A stretch of DNA of 64,000 nt from positions 86,118,001 through 86,182,000 of the forward strand of contig NC_092344.1 of assembly GCF_963676685.1 (NCBI RefSeq). The letters run 5' to 3'. Below the pieces are notes generated by a model. The model searched no databases, was not told the origin of the DNA, and saw nothing but the letters and a program-made list of their open reading frames with translations. The position numbers and the translations under genes were made by a program. Below, piece after piece: positions 50,466 through 61,829 of the stretch (the stretch's first letter is position 1; the number at the start of each line of letters is the position of its first letter). This DNA comes from Mytilus edulis. Its lineage: Eukaryota.

Positions 50466-52628
50466 TTATTCCAGAAAATAAAAAGAGCTTTTTAACTCTT
50501 CATCGAATGGCATAAATCCTGTGCAAACATTTGAATTACAATAACATTTTGTGCCTGTTTTCTGGTCTGGTCTTAGCGTCCCATAAACAAATGATAGCTC
50601 TTCAAGGGGTTCAATATCTCTATTGGCAAATAAGCAAACTTTTGGAACCATATTATTTACTCGTATGGGAACCATTGATAAATTAGGAGAACAACTGTGA
50701 TTTATATACCTCCCGATATTTCCTAACTTATCTGGATCGACAAAGGTTTTTAGTATGTCATTTTTACAGTGCTCCTTTACAGTGAGTATATAATTCATGT
50801 CCGTATCTTTCTGTTTGTTACATCTACTTTGTGCTTCTTGTAAGGATATAATTTCTCCTGCATATTCACATACAAACGTTCCTGATTGTATTTTCTCCAA
50901 AGTCTGAAGACCAAGACCTTTATTGTCCGTATTGAAAATTTGTAATTGTACACTGATTCCGTGCTGTACTACCCTGTTTTGACACTGCGAAGAACATGAA
51001 CAGTTAGAATTACATTCAAATACAGGTGTTACACTGGACCCTAAAAGGGTTAGGTCTATTTTCTTGTCTTTGTATGCATTTCCATATTGAGCAGTACATT
51101 TGCAGTCTCTATCACAAGCTAGGCATTGACAGCCGAGAAGTTTATCTTCGAAATCATCCATCTCACAGCCTGGACCAGGAATGTTTTGTGTGACATACTA
51201 AAATGAAAATTCACAAAGGTAAGAAATAATAAGCAACAATGTCAGGTTAACGTTATCATGGTTATTGTTAAAATAAAAAATGCCGAAACCTTGTTAATGT
51301 ACTAAAATATGAATAACTGACCTGATATGAAAATGTTTGGTTACCGAAAAAAAGTAAACATTATTCTTTAATTATCATAAATGTTTCATAATTTTTTTTT
51401 AAAGATCTACATTGTAGCTCAATATATCTGTTTGTTTACCATGGACAGACGGTATTAACAAATTGCTGCTGAATTTCGTGACACGTATTAACCTGCATAT
51501 TTGGGATTAAGATGTCGAGTTGGGAATCATAACCCACTGGCTCACGTGATAAGACAGACTCGACAGGAATACATAACATCCTACCGGTACCCGGATACAT
51601 TTTCTGACTCTAATTGTAAAAAAGAAGATGTGACCATACCACAAAGTCAGCCATAAAAGACCCCGAAATGACAAATGTAAAACATTTCAAAAGACAAAAT
51701 TAACGGCCTAATTTAGTTCTGGATCCGCAACTGGTGTCGTTAGTCATGTTAGTACCAGAGACATATAATACAATGTATTATATGTCTCTGTTAGTACTAA
51801 ACTATACAGACTAATTTAATCCCGCTGCAAATGTTTGCACCTGTCCTAAGTCAGGAATCTGATGTACAGTAGTTGTCGTTTGTTTATGTAATATATACGT
51901 GTTTCTCGTTTCTCGTTTTGTTTATATAGATTAGACCGTTGGTTTTCCCGTTTGAATGGTTTTACACTAGTAATTTTGGGGCCCTTTATAGCTTGTTGTT
52001 CGGTGTGAGCTAAGGCTCCGTGTTGAAGGCCGTACTTTAACCTATAATGGTTTACTTTTTAAATTGTTATTTGTATGGAGAGTTGTCTCATTGGCACTCA
52101 CACCACATCTTCCTATATCTATAATAGATTCCCCTTACAACATTTTTAATGACCTATACTACCAACAAGTACGCAAACATGCAGTGATTATACACAATGA
52201 AATAATTGTCTGACAATCTTTTGACATGTTTTGACAAAAATTACAATAAAGATATTATTTGACAATTCACTAAAGTAATTATTTTTCTAACTGTGTCTGG
52301 TGAGGAATCAAGAATCCAAGAAAGTAACATGGCAGCATCTTTTATCATCTATAATGTTGGTCCTGAGACTACTGACTACTATAACACAGTGTTACAGTAG
52401 TCATAGTAGTCTCAGATTGATCACACAATACAAAATAATAAACAAGTCCGAAATGTTATACGTAGTGTACATAAAATTAACACTTTATAGATATACTGAT
52501 TTTCGACACCAAATAAGAACCTTGGGACATACCTTCGATTTCTTCATCTTGAAGATAAGAACTTTGTCATTGCTAAATATTGCTTTGTTTTCAAGTCCTT
52601 CAGTCCAGTCAAACTTATTAATATCCAT
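50466..52628 (-). CDS. SETMAR: SETMAR-like histone-lysine N-methyltransferase (pre-SET/SET/post-SET, no mariner domain), 275 aa
   Basis: Exon 1 is 52628-52533 (MDINKFDWTEGLENKAIF...K|gtatgt) and exon 2 is 51197-50466 (tttag|YVTQNIPGPG...GCQC...FECNSNCSC...KGLGL...FVCEYAGE...RYINHSCSPN...EELSFVYG...CYCNSNVCTGFMP). Confidence 0.88.
51756..51790. mobile_element. 35-bp perfect hairpin (17+1+17) with 7-bp TSD; candidate P/Galileo-type excision footprint
   Basis: CAGAGACATATAATACA-A-TGTATTATATGTCTCTG, flanked by TTAGTAC at 51749-51755 and 51791-51797. Confidence 0.8.
52363..52415. mobile_element. 53-bp hairpin with degenerate 7-bp flanking repeat
   Basis: CTGAGACTACT...AGTAGTCTCAG; flanks GTTGGTC / ATTGATC (5/7 match, both differences are transitions). 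Confidence 0.5.
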
Positions 52629-52740
52629 AGTTTAATTTTCCGGAATTCACTATTCTAAATGTTGGTTCGTATTCGGATACACTTATCAATTACCGTGTTT
52701 TAGTCGAGAACTGTACGACAAGGCGAGCAAAGAAAAATAT

Positions 52741-52832
52741 TGCTAAACTGGATAAAAGAAAACGCACTGCTAAACTGGATAAAAGAAAACGCACTGCTAA
52801 ACTGGATAAAAGAAAAAGCAGTTGCTAAACTG
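52741..52832. repeat. 27-bp tandem repeat x3 upstream of SETMAR
   Basis: (TGCTAAACTGGATAAAAGAAAACGCAC)x3 plus a partial copy. Confidence 0.9.
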
Positions 52833-53809
52833 AACCCCAGTATAGAAAGTATATTGAAGGAGACAGTTGTTAACCGTTGGTGCTCACGTAGGATATTGCA
52901 TGTCATTTAGCATGTGAGTTTTGCCTAAGTTTGCTATACTTGAGTCGCCAGGTGTCCCTCTAAGTCTTCCGCCTCATTCATATTTTATTTTAATCGGTTC
53001 TCTATAGATATATGTGCAGAACTAAAAAAAAACAGTATGCCTGTAAAAAACGGACGGCGATTTTTCAGGTCCATAGCATATAGGCAAAAATTCAACATGT
53101 CTAACCATGCTAACATTACAGCTTCATTCGGGAGCTTATATATAAACTGATACAACACGAAGCAGGTGCTACCTGATGAATTTCCGAAGGTTATTGTTTG
53201 AATGGGAAGAATTTAATATTCACAAGTCAATGATTGCTCCTTTTTTCACTAATATTTTCCTTAGCCAACTCAGACGACTTTACCTGTTATAGTGTGTTAA
53301 ACTTTTTCATGATCATATATATATATATATCAACAGAAGTATACCTTCTCTATAAATGATACTAGTAGTAGGTTAAGAGGAAACGCAGCTGAGTTTACAA
53401 CTTCACCATGTCTGCTTTCATGTCGATATGACAGTGCTGTTACTGGATGCTGGACAAAATGCTGGATAAGACGCGGAGTCCACATCTCGAATACATACAG
53501 ACTCTCATCATGACATGTTTGTCGGTTTATATCTCAGTGGACCTGTGGTCCTTTGTCTTAATCATCTTTTACTCCTTATGAGTTATTTTTCATTTGGTAC
53601 AAATTATCATCACTTCGTATTTTATATTTGAATAAAAAACGTAATAGCAAATGTTTTGATAAAACTTTTATTTTACATTTAAGCACTAATAAATATGATA
53701 GCAGTTATGTACAAAAGTATACAATTATAAATACAAGTACATGTACTTTTTTAAATGCAGTTCTTAATGTTTGATTTTGGCACTTTATTACATCTTTGTT
53801 TTCATTTTC

Positions 53810-55210
53810 TCAGCACATGATTTCTCTATCGTCGTCTAAGTCCAGCTGTGGCATGTCCAGATGTGGCATGTCCAACTGAGGTGACCGGTACAACATTGGT
53901 GTCCTTGATCTTGGAGTTTGCATGACTTTTTGTAGATGCTGGGGAACATTCCTGAAAAACTGTGAAATCGGAGATCGAGAGATGGGTTTAACCATGGCAA
54001 CAGGTTTGTTTTTGGTTGTCGATGGAGGAAAATTCCATTGCCTCTGTTCTGGTTGGTTTTTGGCTGTACAACACTTCTCGTCGACTTTGCTCACCACGAT
54101 ATCTGGAAGAGGTCTCCTTTCTGGTAAACTGGCGTCACTGCTCTCGCTACTTTGTCTATGGCGGGGTGAAAACAAACCACTCTTCCTTCTTTTATCTGGT
54201 GAAATTCCTAAGTCAATGACATGAACAAGAGATCGTCTTCCTGACTTCTTTTTTGGAGTTAGTTTAGGCGATTCTGTCAACACGCTGTCATCTAACGTTT
54301 TCAGTGGCCGATTGTTTTTTGTAACACTTTGAAGATACAAATGATTAGGAATTTCCATCTCTTTCCAAAAACTTGACACTTCTTCAGCAAGATCTTGTGG
54401 AATTTTAAACAAATTGTTTCCAGATTCAATCATAAATGCAACCAGGTGACAAAATGTCTTAGTAGTTGTTTGCAGTTCAGTCCCGCTTGATGATTTATTG
54501 CAGAGAAAATGAGGAGTGAATATAATAGCCAGTGAATCCGCTGTCATGAGATTTTCCGGTGTTTTTGAAGTACGATGAAGTAGTGTGATCAATGGTCTCA
54601 GTAAGCAATAGTTGTCACTTGGCATCAGTAACATCAGCATTTGTAGAGCTTTCAAAGTTGTTGTTTTGGCTTTATCTTCGGTTGTCAGTAGACATGCTAA
54701 TCTAGTATACACATTATGGAATCTGTTCGTTAGAAGTGGTTCACAGAGGTCTCGTATGAAGTTCTTTAGCACGTTAGCTCCATCATGAGACGAAATTAGT
54801 TCCAAGTCAATCATGGAACACTCCAGAAGTTGTTTTCTAACAGTTTTCTGGCGGCTTATGTTTCCAGTTTTACGGAATAGTCCTTCATCTTTGATGTTGT
54901 AACTTTTTCCAATGAATTCAATCAAGACTGTGAGAGCAGAAATGGAATCTGGTGTTAGCTGTGTGAATTCCCTCTTTTTAATAGACTTTCTGTAGAACGA
55001 GAGTCTGGAGCTTTTGCGTTTGAGTGTAACCTTCTCAGGGCTCTTTCTGTTCACTTGAGAGTCTATTTCTTGTGTTGTCATAGTCACTGCTTTACCAAGA
55101 CTACTAAGCACCATTTCTTCGAATTTGTTTGGCATGCTATTTTTTAATCTGAAGACATTCCGTTCTGCCTGTTGCTGGCATCTATTGCGTCTAAGAGAGG
55201 ATGTAGACAT
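53810..55210 (-). CDS. Rho GTPase-activating protein, ARHGAP19-like paralogue A (single coding exon, 466 aa)
   Basis: RhoGAP motifs EGLFRKTGN (Arg finger), ANVLKNFIRDLCEPLL and NLMTADSLAIIFTPH; the N-terminal segment RLKNSMPNKFEEMV resembles ARHGAP19. Confidence 0.9.
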   Translation of the reverse strand: MSTSSLRRNRCQQQAERNVFRLKNSMPNKFEEMVLSSLGKAVTMTTQEIDSQVNRKSPEKVTLKRKSSRLSFYRKSIKKREFTQLTPDSISALTVLIEFIGKSYNIKDEGLFRKTGNISRQKTVRKQLLECSMIDLELISSHDGANVLKNFIRDLCEPLLTNRFHNVYTRLACLLTTEDKAKTTTLKALQMLMLLMPSDNYCLLRPLITLLHRTSKTPENLMTADSLAIIFTPHFLCNKSSSGTELQTTTKTFCHLVAFMIESGNNLFKIPQDLAEEVSSFWKEMEIPNHLYLQSVTKNNRPLKTLDDSVLTESPKLTPKKKSGRRSLVHVIDLGISPDKRRKSGLFSPRHRQSSESSDASLPERRPLPDIVVSKVDEKCCTAKNQPEQRQWNFPPSTTKNKPVAMVKPISRSPISQFFRNVPQHLQKVMQTPRSRTPMLYRSPQLDMPHLDMPQLDLDDDREIMC

Positions 55211-55251
55211 TGTTTGTCGTCTTTTGATCGCTGTGAATGTGCAAAAATAAT

Positions 55252-55292
55252 TGAAGTATGAATAACTAATTTAATCTACTATTTTTATATAC
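55252..55292 (-). promoter_or_regulatory. Candidate TATA box and Inr for RhoGAP paralogue A
   Basis: Minus-strand TATATAAAAA at ~55291-55282, with an Inr-like TCATAC about 30 nt downstream and the ATG at 55210. Confidence 0.35.
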
Positions 55293-56359
55293 TAGAAATT
55301 TTACTCTATTATGACATTACTCGTTATGGACTTGGTAGACGTATTGAGGGATAGTTGAGATGAGCTGTCATTAAGTATAGGGAGTCATTAATGAGGTGGT
55401 CTATTTTTGTTTTGATAATTTATTCTTTTACCTATTTCATACATATATCCAAAAAGAAATTAAAGACTTTACAGAAAAAGTAAGTAAATACATATATGTT
55501 TAAATGAATTAAATGCATGAATGTTAAAATGAAATATTTTTTAATTGGGACAATACATTTTCTCAAAAATTATTAGTAAACAGCTTTTATTTCCTATGTT
55601 TTGTTCAATAAATTACAATTTAAAAATGTTAAATATTGTTCCAGTAAATATTTCCGACATCTTCAATCTTTTGTTTTATAAAATTACCTGAATGTTTTTT
55701 AGCTTTAAAACTTCTGTATTTATTTATTTCTCTTGACAATTCCATTTTCTTTTCTTTTTGTTATTTAGTAAACTCAGAAGGTGGATTCTTGTTTGAATGA
55801 ATCTCAGAACTCTATGCTTTATATAACGCTAGTTTAGAAATACTTCATTTTATCAGATTCAAAATAATGATTAATTCCTAAAGTCTATTAATTATTTTTC
55901 TATTTTAATTAAAAACAGATAAATATCTAATCATTCAGTAGTAACTTGGGGCAAAGTTTAACGATCAATTAATTAATGAAGATTAAGAACAATTAATTAA
56001 ACAATATTCATATTTCACACCCTTTTAATAACACGCACCTCTGGTATGAGCCAAGCGTGTGTTTTTTTCACACCTTGACAAATATTGGTATTATAGCTAT
56101 AAGCAATACACACTTCTGCTAAAGACAGCCAGTGCATTTTTCATAAACAAACAACACTTCATTTAATGATGAAACGTCACAACGCATTCATAAAAGGCTT
56201 GTCATACATAAAAAAAAATTGTACTGTGATCTTTATATATATATGTTAAGAACGAAAGGTTCCATACAACGATATCTTTTCTGATATATAAAACAAAAGC
56301 TTCCATCACAATTTTGAGATTTTATTTCGTATTTCAACATCGACAGTATATTGGTACAG

Positions 56360-56390
56360 CAGAGACATAATACAATTGTGTTTGTCTCTG
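56360..56390. mobile_element. 31-bp hairpin with 7-bp TSD; same family as 51756-51790
   Basis: CAGAGACATAATACAATTGTGTTTGTCTCTG, flanked by GGTACAG at 56353-56359 and 56391-56397. Confidence 0.75.
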
Positions 56391-57158
56391 GGTACAGTCT
56401 TCTTATAAATAATGACTAGTTTCAAAAACCTTTTAAAATCTTAGTCATATATTTTTCAGCGCCTATTTTTTAGAGCCATGTTTACTTCATATATATCTTT
56501 GATTTGTTTGTACGTTTACCGCATCGTTGCAATCTTTCGTTTCTATGAAGTCGAAATATCGAAATATAAGTCTTGCGAACTGCAGTCTCTTTCTCCATTA
56601 ACGAGTCTATTTGCACGGTTTCACTAACAATGTATACTTTCAGGTTTATTCATTCTGTTAGCAAAACTGTAGCAAACAAATGGATATACTTGACATCTGG
56701 TACTTTGTATACAAAATATCTTTTGGTCCTAACTTACAGACGACTGGATCAATTTTCAACTAAAATTAATATAGATGTGAAGAGAAAAAATCTTCATTCG
56801 GGTCACCCACTACTCATATTTCTTGTGTATCATTATTGGGATAAAATGCCCGTTTTCGTACTATCGAAGGTATACTAGTACAGTTTTGTATTTTATTCTT
56901 AACAAGTATATTGAATTCTTACAGTGGATTGTCATTAGTGTATTGTGAACTTTATAAATACAGTATCTTGTTGCTATCGTTATCAAAATTAAGAATGAAA
57001 TTAGTATGTATTCAGTAAGATTAATTATATATTAGGTCTATATAAAACAAGGAATTGGACCTTCACAATTTTTGTTAACAATTATCTTCAAAATAAATAA
57101 TTTCATATTTATTCACCATATAAAAAGTTATCAAAGGTACCAGGATTATAATTTTATA

Positions 57159-57200
57159 CGCCAGACGCACGTTTCGTCTACTTAAGACTCATCAGCGACG
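57159..57200 (-). ncRNA. Type I hammerhead ribozyme (minimal, retrozyme/PLE-type)
   Basis: Minus strand reads CGTCG-CTGATGA-GTCT(TAAGT)AGAC-GAAA-CGTGCG-TC^-TGGCG: full core, 4-bp stem II, short stem III, GUC cleavage triplet, and stem I CGUCG/UGGCG. Confidence 0.75.
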
Positions 57201-58531
57201 CTCATATCAAAATAGTTATAATAAAATGATATGATATGTATCTAATCCTCAATAATTTCTACCCATTTCACTTGTTTATTTGTATATACAAACTTATTAT
57301 TTTAAGGATGCCGTGTCATAAAATTACAATTAACATGACTATGGGACCCCGTTCCTTTTTCACCTAACACTAATATAGGTGTCATAATCGTCCCCGAACC
57401 TGTTAAATGTGATTGTTCATGTCCCGCAAGGGTGTGAAATCTGATAACGGGGTTGACACGTGAAAAGACAACTATATTTATTATTTATTAGTGTATTATC
57501 ATTATACCCCATCTTTGTTGATTGGGACAATGACAGATATCTATTCACTTCATTATACATAATTAATCATAACAGTATAAAAAGAAATCGCATTAAACAA
57601 AAAATCATATACTCTTGTTTTGTGAATGAAGACAACATCTTCAATATATTGTCATTATGGATTATAAAGATATTCAAGCTATGAAGTACAGAAGTTTTAG
57701 AGTTACAAGAAATACAGGTATAAATTCTTCTAAACTTAAAAATTAAAACAGAAACAGTTTTTATTTATTAATATATGCAATATCATCATTAGTTTTCCAT
57801 ATTTATAGTAACATCCGAATTTATTTTACCAAAATTTGTGTTTTATTCGTTCACTCCTGTCATAGATGATTTTTTTTTTTAATAAGAACGTTTCTATTTG
57901 GATTTTTTCGTAAATATCATAAATAGTCTTTTTTGTGTTTGCCTTACGATAAAATATAACATCTAAAATATATTGGAGGAATTCGATACTCTTATCTTAT
58001 TCATGATCATTCATCAAATATACATACATATATGTATTAAGTAGATTTTGATTCCATGCAATTTAAAAGATATAAAAAGGGAACAAAGATATTAAAATTT
58101 CGAAAAAAAATCCAAAAATATGAAAACGAAGTTTTTCAAAATAACAAGTGTTTAAAAAAGGTTTTGAAAACAAGAAATTAAACGTTTGTATCTTTGGTAC
58201 GGAAATGCATTAAATATTAAATAAGTGCAGGCAACATTTTATATTAAACTTTTAAGACAAAAGTAATATTTTATTTTCAGGTTGTAACTGACAATTCATT
58301 TGAATGCTGTCTACATCATATTATAGATAATTGACTAAAACACTCTATATTTACTTAATGTAATTTAGTTTAACACTAGAAGGTATGGGGTCATTACAAA
58401 CACACGAGAACTGTTAACCCCTCCCGGTCACGGACATGACATTTTGACACTCATTATTAAATATCATATTTCATGTTTAACTTTTTATTATCATATGAAA
58501 TTTTAACAAGGAAGGATTATAACTTATTAGG

Positions 58532-60958
58532 ATGTTTTCAAACCGGTCTTCATGTAAGTCCTCATATTTACCATATATATCCATGTACTGAGGTTATTAA
58601 ATTGTTCATTTTATTAGTTTTGAAAATGAATGAATTAAATGAATTACAACAGTACTATTTCGAATTATCGATCCAGAATTTTCAGTAAAACATTTATATG
58701 AAATTCATTGATTTTATAAAATCATTTGTCATCGAGAAGAAATTTTCTATTTTGTCAAAAAATATTAAACAAAAACCAATAAGTTTATGATGACTGTGGA
58801 GCTGCAAGTGCCATATGGACTGACTCTCGAGTCTCCCTTTATCAATGAACAAATATTGTCTAATATCATGGAAGTATTACATTCACAGGAACTTCTATAT
58901 ATATTATTAATCAGAATTATTATTTTGTATGTATTTCACGTAACCAAGGAGGTCATGTAACCTCCTTGACGTAACTTTGATATGCTCGCAATAATTTCTA
59001 TGATTAGGAAAATAAGGACATAAATAAATTAAGAATATTAGTATTATTGTGCGTATTATTCAAGAAGCAGAGTCCAAATACACTTTGAATATCAATAACC
59101 GATAGAGCAATTGCATGATTTGACAATTGCTACAGTACCCAATCACACATCGTTGGAACCCACCAAATAAGAAGCCACTAAGCAACACACACACTGATAA
59201 AAATTGAGAATTCAAAGTTATATTTTTACTAAAGAAAATGAATTTCAAACTAAAGATAATGAATGAAGCAAGTTAAAAGTGCATTTTTGGGTAACATCAT
59301 AGCACTGAACTCCGTTAAACATAATCATCAGCTATTGATATATAACTTATTTTACAAAGACCGATATGAATATTACATCCATACTTATAACACTAAAAGA
59401 GTATCACATATACAATACATATATAAGGAGATGAAGGTATTTTACATTAATGAGACAGCATCCCAACAAGACAATAAAGTCATAAAACAATTTGCAGTTT
59501 TAATAATTTATGGCTCATGATTCTATAATATATTAGCTTTATTGTGGATCTATATTAAATCTTTAGTATTAGTTATTATATTTTTATATTACATTTATTT
59601 CAGGGTCTCCAGCACAGTCCGTCAGTAGACTAACACTTCCTGTAAATAGAAGAACCCGTTTTCAACCATCAGAAAAGCACGTATGTAGACTACAGAATTG
59701 CATGCCTCTGAAGTTTAAAGAGTTTGTAAAGTCACACTTATCAACAATCCTTGAAATACCACAAGATGACCTTGAGACATTGATGATATCACCTACTGCA
59801 CCTGTTCCACAACACAAGACGGCTCTTTCGTTCAGTAAGAGAAAAGCTCAGAAACAGTCTATGTTTGGCTCCGACCTTTCACCAGAGAATATTGCATCAG
59901 TGCTTCAGTTGATCAACTACCTCTCCCAAGATGGCGTCATATCTACAGAAGGTTTATTCCGTAAAACTGGTAACATATGCAGACAGAAGCAGTTGAAATC
60001 AAAGCTAGACTCAGCAACACTTACCGAGAAATACTTGTCATCGTTATCTCCACACGACAGTGCCAACGTTCTCAAACGCTACATTCACAATCTACCAGAA
60101 CCTCTTCTAACTCAAAAGTTCTTCAATGTATATGTTCAGATTACCAACATCACCAAGTCAACAAAAGAAGAAACAATGTCTGCCAAGATCCAAGCTATGC
60201 AACTTGTTCTCCATCTTTTACCATCCGACAACCTCAACTTATTGAAGCCATTGATGACACTCCTCAACAAAGCCGCATCCATCTCTAGTAACCTGATGAC
60301 AGCTTATTCTTTGGGTATTTTATTCGCACCTCATCTTCTCTGTGACCGTCATTCGTCAGCTGACAATCTTCACTCTGTTCTACCGAAAGTTTCCGATTTG
60401 GTTTCCATAATGATAGAGAATGGCCCACATATATTTAGTATACCTAAAGACTTGTCTCGATCCGTAGCTAACTTCTGGCGAGAGATGGAGGTACCAAACC
60501 AGCTTTATTACAGAACAGTTCAAGAAACTACAGACTCAGCTGTTATAGACAGGACGTCACCGAAAGTTCACGTCGTAGACCTCTGTGACAAGCCAAAAGC
60601 CACCAGTACACTCACAGTGCCCTTCACACCTCCAACAAAATCTCGTAAGAGACTGAGTAGTGACACTAGTGATGGTATCCCAGAGAAGAGACCTACACCA
60701 GAGATGTTCCTTTCACCATTATGTAATGTACTCGACTTTAAGCCAAAACTCAGTAAGCAGACTAATTCCATCATCTTCAGTACAGCACCTGGATCTTCTT
60801 CCAAGAAACCAGTAGCACGTGTTAAACCAATTCAACATTCACCCATATCTCAGTTCTTCAAGAGTGTGCCACTCAAGCTTCAGCGGGTTATGTCAACACC
60901 GAGATCTCGTGCTCCGATGGCTCTGTTTCAGTCACCAAGCCACTGTGTGAAGTTTTAA
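58532..60958 (+). CDS. Rho GTPase-activating protein, ARHGAP19-like paralogue B (about 458 aa)
   Basis: Main exon 59604-60958 (tttcag|GG) is open upstream of ATG 59702 and homologous to the N-terminus of paralogue A. A proposed start exon 58532-58553 (ATGTTTTCAAACCGGTCTTCAT|gtaagt, phase 1) fits the frame. Motifs EGLFRKTGN, LPEPLL and NLMTAYSLGILFAPH are present. Confidence 0.88.
58945..58968. mobile_element. 24-bp hairpin with 7-bp TSD; candidate P-type footprint
   Basis: CAAGGAGGT-CATGTA-ACCTCCTTG, flanked by ACGTAAC at 58938-58944 and 58969-58975. Confidence 0.72.
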
Positions 60959-61829
60959 GACATTGATGAAAAAACTATAAATTATTTTGTGAATATACTG
61001 TTATGTTTGAGAGAGTGATATATTATTGTTATTAATTTATTAAACTATGAAAAGGAAAGAAATCTGTATTTGAATTTTCATGCATACATTTTAACTTTTA
61101 TTCGTAGTAAAATATACACTGTGATCTGCTTAAAAAGGGAGAATTTTCACAGTACACCAGTAAATTTAGATAATATAAATATACGACATTGTTGTATGGT
61201 TGCCAATGAGACAACTCTTACACCAAAACGATGTAAAAGTAATTAACTATAGGCCACCCTACAGTCTTCAACAAAACATGTATACCGGCGCTGTTACCGC
61301 ATATCAAGCTATAGAAACCCTTAAAATGACAAATGTAAAACCATTCATAAAAGAAAAGTACAGAGGTCTAATTTATATACAAAACAAATCAATAAGCAAA
61401 AAAAAATCAAATCCGACAAGCACTGAATTTGTGGATTCTGATATGGGACACAGAGATAGGATAAATAATGTGACGGGTTAAACATGAACCATCTCCTAAT
61501 ATATGAGTGGTGTTATAGCATAACATAAGAACAAACAACATGTTCATTAAAACTGTATTTTCTCAAAAGACAGTGATTCGAACATGACTTATACAGAAGT
61601 ACCAATTTACCATGGCAAGCCTTTCTCGTCAAAACTTATTGATATTGATATAAAAATAAGGAGATGTGACATGATTGCCAATTAGACAGCTATCATATAT
61701 ATTAAAATGTTAGACCACTTCTTGTAGGAGTAATTGTCCATAATAGACGACTTTTCCCATTTTTTGTCTATTATTTTGACAAACAAATTAGAATCGATAC
61801 AGTATAGATCGAAACACTAGAAACCACCA

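Noticed and set aside
51320-51360. Alternative first exon for SETMAR ending CAG|GTCAGT
   Set aside because: There is an upstream in-frame stop and no ATG. Exon 52628-52533 has the homologous D..G.EN motif.
53922-54224. Antisense and alternative-frame ORFs over the RhoGAP genes (also 59977-60288 and 60568-60804)
   Set aside because: Shadow ORFs of long coding sequences with no independent motifs.
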